Assembly: GCA_965204765.1 (NCBI GenBank)
Contig: CBDBFG010000004.1
Coordinates: 451,402 to 515,401 of the forward strand
Reading direction: 5' to 3'
Origin: Alphaproteobacteria bacterium
GTDB taxonomy: Bacteria > Pseudomonadota > Alphaproteobacteria > Caedimonadales > UBA9215
DNA: 64,000 nt
Shown here: piece by piece, positions 62,744 through 64,000 of the stretch
How positions within the stretch are numbered: position 1 is the first letter of the stretch
Layout of the letters: each line of letters opens with the position of its first letter
The notes under the pieces: model-generated
The model's input: only the letters and a program-made list of their open reading frames with translations
Databases searched by the model: none
Told to the model about the DNA's origin: nothing
Translations under genes and position numbers: made by a program

Positions 62744-63041
62744 GTATGTGAGTAATCTTAGAGAGTCGTTTAAAAGCAATACATTAACATGTAATCTTGT
62801 TAAATTTTCACGTTATATAAGCTATATTACTGTGCTGTTTCTTATTATACATGAGGATTGTATACACTAATTTTTGGTAGTATGTACTTATATAGTCATG
62901 TGAAATGATTATTTTGCTGATATTTTTTGGTATAACGTAGGTGATGTTGCAGTGATTAAATGGTTCCTTATACTGGCAGTATGTTGCAAAGGTAAGATTG
63001 CTACCATACGACTAACAAGTCACTATGGTAGCACTAGATTG

Positions 63042-64000
63042 TTATTTTTTACTGTATTTTTTAGCTAATTTCTTCAAATCTTTTTTGGAAACTGTTTTAC
63101 AGTTTACACATTTTTTCTTTTTGTTAGCTGTACTAGCTTTCTTAAGCTTGCGGTTGTTTTTCCTTGCTTCGTATTCTGCTCTGGCTTCTGCTACTTCAGG
63201 ACAGTATTTTTGTATATCAGCATCATCCATATTTTTTACTGTAACGTATACTGATCCTGCATTAATCTGATCAACTTCTAAGTAACCTTTGATTTTTTCT
63301 GCTTCTGGTAATTTATGCTTTATTTTACCCCAAGTAGTTACAGCTTTGTATTGACCATGTTTATCCTTGAACGTGACCTCGATTACTGTTTCTGGGTTAA
63401 GCACAAATGGTAATTCCCACTTTACTGGATTTTCTGTTTCGATAACGCTGGCTTTCATTATTCCTATTACAGCATGTCTTGCTTTTAGGGTAAGCTTTTG
63501 GCTTTTCTTTATTTCTACGGTATCTTTTCCGCCTTCAGTAGTTTCTTTTGATGTTTCAGACACAGTATGGTTCACTCTGCTTTTGCTAAAATTCACTTGA
63601 GGCAGGGTGATGCCACCAGATGTAGTATCAGTTTGCTCTTTTAAAAATCTGCTCTTAGTATTTATAGAGTATTCGTTAGTATATGCTTTATTTAACTCTA
63701 AAGTTGTTTCCTCTACGGCATCGCTGGCGTTACAAGCAAATTGTATCCCAATTATTTTTTGGGTTTCATCAGGCAATAATGACATCAGATCCACCTTGGC
63801 CAATTGCTTTATTGTAGCGTTTCTAACCTTGATGCTGACTATACGCATATTTTTAGCTTTTTTGTTTTTTAGCCTGTTAGGTGAGAACATATCTGTTCTT
63901 AGGATTTCTTGTTGTGCGTTTACATTACCATGAATAGCTTCGGATACAGTACCAGTTACATCTAGATGAAGTGATCCATAACTCTGGCGCGGTAACACAG
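63042..64000 (-). CDS. Hypothetical protein, 5' end probably outside the window; Ser/Thr/Lys-rich, beta-rich appearance, lysine-rich C-terminal tail
   Basis: The ORF is open to the window edge; the ORF-track start at 63998 is a GTG 2 nt from the end. No TM helix. Contains a TDTTSGGITLPQVNFSKSRVNHTVSETSKETTEGG segment and ends in KKKKCVNCKTVSKKDLKKLAKKYSKK. Confidence 0.5.
   Translation of the reverse strand, partial: VLPRQSYGSLHLDVTGTVSEAIHGNVNAQQEILRTDMFSPNRLKNKKAKNMRIVSIKVRNATIKQLAKVDLMSLLPDETQKIIGIQFACNASDAVEETTLELNKAYTNEYSINTKSRFLKEQTDTTSGGITLPQVNFSKSRVNHTVSETSKETTEGGKDTVEIKKSQKLTLKARHAVIGIMKASVIETENPVKWELPFVLNPETVIEVTFKDKHGQYKAVTTWGKIKHKLPEAEKIKGYLEVDQINAGSVYVTVKNMDDADIQKYCPEVAEARAEYEARKNNRKLKKASTANKKKKCVNCKTVSKKDLKKLAKKYSKK

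Overview
AT-rich chromosomal segment of an alphaproteobacterium that looks like an obligate intracellular Rickettsiales- or Holosporales-type endosymbiont. The lifestyle call is inference from an ATP/ADP translocase (tlc), bolA-grxD, an F0-only atpB-E-F'-F operon and alphaproteobacterial gene order. From 30.7 to 61.8 kb the window is one uninterrupted transcription/translation supercluster: tRNA-Tyr, tRNA-Gly, tuf, tRNA-Trp, secE-nusG, rplKAJL, rpoBC, rpsLG-fusA-tuf, then the S10/spc/alpha operons through rplQ. The first 30 kb holds housekeeping and transport genes, an EAL-domain protein, dksA, a flagellar block (fliX | flgI-flgJ-orf-flgK-flgL), grpE, tRNA-fMet, sfsA, map, topA-dprA-plsY-rlmB and a few orphan ORFs. 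I found no CRISPR array, transposase, integrase, phage genes or recognisable defence or toxin-antitoxin operon, and no convincing novel multi-gene system. The observations most worth follow-up are: (1) essential rpoC is split by a single-nucleotide frame change exactly at an in-phase A_AAA_AAC / A7 slippery tract; (2) a D-amino-acid-oxidase-like flavoprotein whose conserved segments are in circularly permuted order; (3) two apparently 100% identical 1240-bp tuf repeats in direct orientation 16 kb apart; (4) a near-consensus sigma-54 promoter in front of flgI, with Caulobacter-like fliX/flgI synteny; (5) a desaturase gene broken at a homopolymer; (6) orphan secreted proteins at 4.2 kb and beyond 62 kb. 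All functional calls rest on motif recognition by eye, and no database search was possible.
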